IMG/VR virus record: IMGVR_UViG_3300016471_001132
Location: 1-64,000 of that record
Source of the DNA: a virus
Direction: 5' to 3' (one strand)
Length of the DNA stretch: 64,000 nucleotides
The stretch's first letter is position 1, and every line of letters starts with the position of its first letter. A model generated the notes under the pieces. The model was not told the origin of the DNA and made no database searches. It saw only the letters and a program-made list of their open reading frames with translations. Shown here in pieces: positions 62,158-64,000 of this stretch. The position numbers were made by a program, and so were the translations under genes.

Positions 62158-62587
62158 GCTTTTCCTTTTGTCTATCATACATGGTTACGCCATCCAAATG
62201 ATCCAGTTCATGCTGGAAACATCTTGCTTCTAATCCCACGAGATCTTCCTCTATCCACAGCCCTTGGGCATCTTGATAGCGGACACTTATGGCATCGGGT
62301 CGTGTTATTGTACATGATTCTCCGGGAAAACTCAAGCAACCTTCTGCATATTTGGTTAATACGGTGCTACTTTGGATGATCTCCGGGTTGAAACACACAC
62401 GGGCCCTATCTTCAACTTCCATGACAAACAATCTAAGACTGTGCCCTATCTGTGGAGCTGCCAGTCCAATGGCCCTATGTTGCTGCATGAATTGGATCAT
62501 TTGTTTGACTAGACTTTGATTTTTATGCGGCCAGACAAAGTCGACGGTTTTGGCCTTTTTGTACAGGACTCTTTTGGTCAGCTTCAT
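62147..62587 (-). CDS. def: peptide deformylase
   Basis: GLAAPQIG, EGCLS and QHELDHL motifs. Confidence 0.95.
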   Translation of the reverse strand: MKLTKRVLYKKAKTVDFVWPHKNQSLVKQMIQFMQQHRAIGLAAPQIGHSLRLFVMEVEDRARVCFNPEIIQSSTVLTKYAEGCLSFPGESCTITRPDAISVRYQDAQGLWIEEDLVGLEARCFQHELDHLDGVTMYDRQKEKHAE

Positions 62588-62592
62588 TGAAA

Positions 62593-62598
62593 TATTTA
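62593..62598 (-). promoter_or_regulatory. TAAATA late-promoter-like motif
   Basis: 5 nt before the def ATG; overlaps the dnaJ stop. Confidence 0.5.
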
Positions 62599-63387
62599 TT
62601 GGCCGCGCTCTTTCCTGACAGCATCTAGAAAATGATCGCTGAATCTATCCGGAATTTTTACGGATAATCGTACCATAATATCTCCCACTCGATTGGTGGA
62701 TTTACCAGGGATAGTGCTGGGTGGAATCCCTTGTGCTCGCATCCTTAGGCTGGTACCAGGTTGGGTACCTGCGGGCACAGTCAGCATGAGCTCACGACCA
62801 CGCACATCGCGAACTGTGATCTGTCCACCCAATATGAGATCATACAAGGGCACTGGTATCTCTGTGATTAGATCTTGTCCTTCCCGTTGCCATCCGGGTT
62901 CGGGTCTGATGCGATAATTGATGATGAGATCTGCCCCGCCTGGTGCCAGTCCAGGGTATCGTATGGTATCATTTTCAGCCACCCCCTGTGGGATGTCGAT
63001 CTGTATGTGGCTGACCTGATCGCCTAACTGCAATGCCACTGTTCTTGGTCCACCCTCTATGACATCTTTGAGGGTCACCCACAGTGTCATCCTAGGAACT
63101 CTGGGATTGTGCCCTCGTAGATTCGCACCAAACATGTTGAAGATCTGGTCGAAATCGAATCCGCCTTGTGCAAAATTCACATGTACACCGGACGGCATGG
63201 GATTGTCGTACTGTTGGCGCTGTTCCGGGTCTCCCAGTATATTGTACGCTTCCTGTATCTCCTGGAATCGTGCTTTATCGCCGCCCTTGTCTGGATGATG
63301 CTGACTGGCCAACTTCCTATAGGCCCGTTTGATATCTTCGGCGGTGGCTGTTTTTGGCACACCAAGAATTTGGTAATAATTCTTCAC
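62596..63387 (-). CDS. dnaJ: DnaJ/CbpA-type co-chaperone (J domain plus C-terminal domain, no Zn finger)
   Basis: YYQILGV...IKRAYRKLA...HPDK; C-terminal LRMRAQGIP...GD..V motif. Confidence 0.88.
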   Translation of the reverse strand: MKNYYQILGVPKTATAEDIKRAYRKLASQHHPDKGGDKARFQEIQEAYNILGDPEQRQQYDNPMPSGVHVNFAQGGFDFDQIFNMFGANLRGHNPRVPRMTLWVTLKDVIEGGPRTVALQLGDQVSHIQIDIPQGVAENDTIRYPGLAPGGADLIINYRIRPEPGWQREGQDLITEIPVPLYDLILGGQITVRDVRGRELMLTVPAGTQPGTSLRMRAQGIPPSTIPGKSTNRVGDIMVRLSVKIPDRFSDHFLDAVRKERGQ

Positions 63388-63393
63388 AATGGA

Positions 63394-63422
63394 ATTATAG
63401 CACGACCTTGATCAATGGTCAA
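63394..63422 (-). promoter_or_regulatory. sigma70-like promoter TTGACC-N17-TATAAT
   Basis: Minus strand TTGACCATTGATCAAGGTCGTGCTATAAT; GTG start 6 nt after the -10 element. Confidence 0.65.
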
Positions 63423-63773
63423 TCAAGACGGGTTTGGGGGTGGCGGGGACGAAGATTGTTCTTTGATATTGAGCCATTTGTTGACCAAGGCATTGCCAGC
63501 CCAGGCGGCCATGTAACCGGCAAAATACCACTCAGAAAATCTCTGGTCCACGATGAGATAAACGAAACCCCAGGTAGACACCAAAAAGGTAACGAAGCGC
63601 ATGAATTTGGCTTCATTGAGGCGGCCATTGGTACAAACTAGATCTTTGATATCAACCTGGTTGTCTTTGTCTCGCTGTATGTTCCAGATGATCATGATGA
63701 ACACGATAGCGACAAATGCCAGCACCAGGTTCATCCCGTGAGAGGGTTGCATGGCATTTATTATTTCGTTCAT
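63423..63773 (-). CDS. small multi-TM protein, possible holin
   Basis: Three hydrophobic segments; next to the spanin-like gene. Confidence 0.45.
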   Translation of the reverse strand: MNEIINAMQPSHGMNLVLAFVAIVFIMIIWNIQRDKDNQVDIKDLVCTNGRLNEAKFMRFVTFLVSTWGFVYLIVDQRFSEWYFAGYMAAWAGNALVNKWLNIKEQSSSPPPPNPS

Positions 63774-64000
63774 TTCTTATCTTCTGTGGGTTTTTTGGGT
63801 TCGTAATACTCGCGATATTTCACGATGATATCTCGCTGTTGCGCGATGAATGCACGGATCTGCGCCATGTCCACAGCCAGTTCTTCATAGCCGTCGTCGG
63901 TCAAAGCAAACAATACCATGTCGGTGTTTTTTGATTTGAGATCAGAAAAGACCTGGGCAGAATTTTCGGGCGTGATGATGATCCATTGTGGCACGCTGGG
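63770..64000 (-). CDS. possible o-spanin-like protein, 5'-truncated by the window edge
   Basis: Frame open to 64000; W..ITP...LFAL...YE.L.......YREYYE pattern reminiscent of T4-like spanins. Confidence 0.4.
   Translation of the reverse strand, partial: PSVPQWIIITPENSAQVFSDLKSKNTDMVLFALTDDGYEELAVDMAQIRAFIAQQRDIIVKYREYYEPKKPTEDKK

Noticed and set aside
1-64000. Plus-strand ORFs in the track (e.g. 21139..21957, 51203..52108, 61462..62379)
   Set aside because: All are antisense shadows of well-supported minus-strand genes, without SDs or recognisable motifs.
1-64000. CRISPR array or tRNA genes
   Set aside because: I saw no regularly spaced repeat-spacer units and no canonical tRNA (D-arm, 7-nt anticodon loop, GTTCRA T-loop). 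A tRNAscan-SE run would be needed to exclude atypical ones.
1-64000. Stop-codon reassignment
   Set aside because: Conserved enzymes (PolB, MetK, ClpA, FolE) are full-length in the standard code, and TAG, TGA and TAA all end genes at plausible positions.
1-64000. Prophage or integrative-element signatures
   Set aside because: No integrase, att-like repeats or host housekeeping synteny are present. Host-like genes (metK, clpA, def, dnaJ) are embedded in phage-style coupled operons.

Overview
This 64 kb window is a segment of a large T4-like dsDNA phage genome, about 50% GC by eye. Every credible gene is on the minus strand, and many are coupled by ATGA/GTGA overlaps. Left to right: (i) 1-7 kb: small hypothetical genes behind sigma70-like TTGACC-N17/18-TA(T/A)AAT promoters, a GIY-YIG nuclease, RNase H, SGNH proteins and a cytidylyltransferase. 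(ii) 8-31 kb: a metabolic/modification island with metK, a 7-deazaguanine pathway (folE, queD, queE, yhhQ, a DpdL-like T-fold protein and a TGT/DpdA-like transglycosylase; no queC seen), NDP-sugar enzymes, glycosyl-, methyl- and sulfotransferases and a lipidated autotransporter-like gene. (iii) 29-34 kb: probable sliding clamp, family B DNA polymerase and a dsDNA-binding protein. (iv) 34-58 kb: about 15 genes whose N-termini resemble the T4 internal-protein capsid-targeting sequence (MRAQEFITE-like). Several are modular polyproteins (kinase-like, GNAT, ADP-ribosyltransferase, nucleotidyltransferase, peptidase, ParB-like, amidoligase and small basic Cys-containing modules) joined by prohead-protease-like phi-x-E linkers, with DNA repeats and GC shifts at module borders. 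A secreted/membrane protein block and an HNH gene interrupt this region. (v) 59-64 kb: clpA, def, dnaJ and probable lysis genes. The best leads are the swappable capsid-cargo polyprotein system, a riboswitch-like pseudoknot upstream of queD, a possible deazaguanine/glycosyl DNA hypermodification and an unassigned structured RNA at 34146-34230. All functional calls come from motif recognition by eye, with no database searches.
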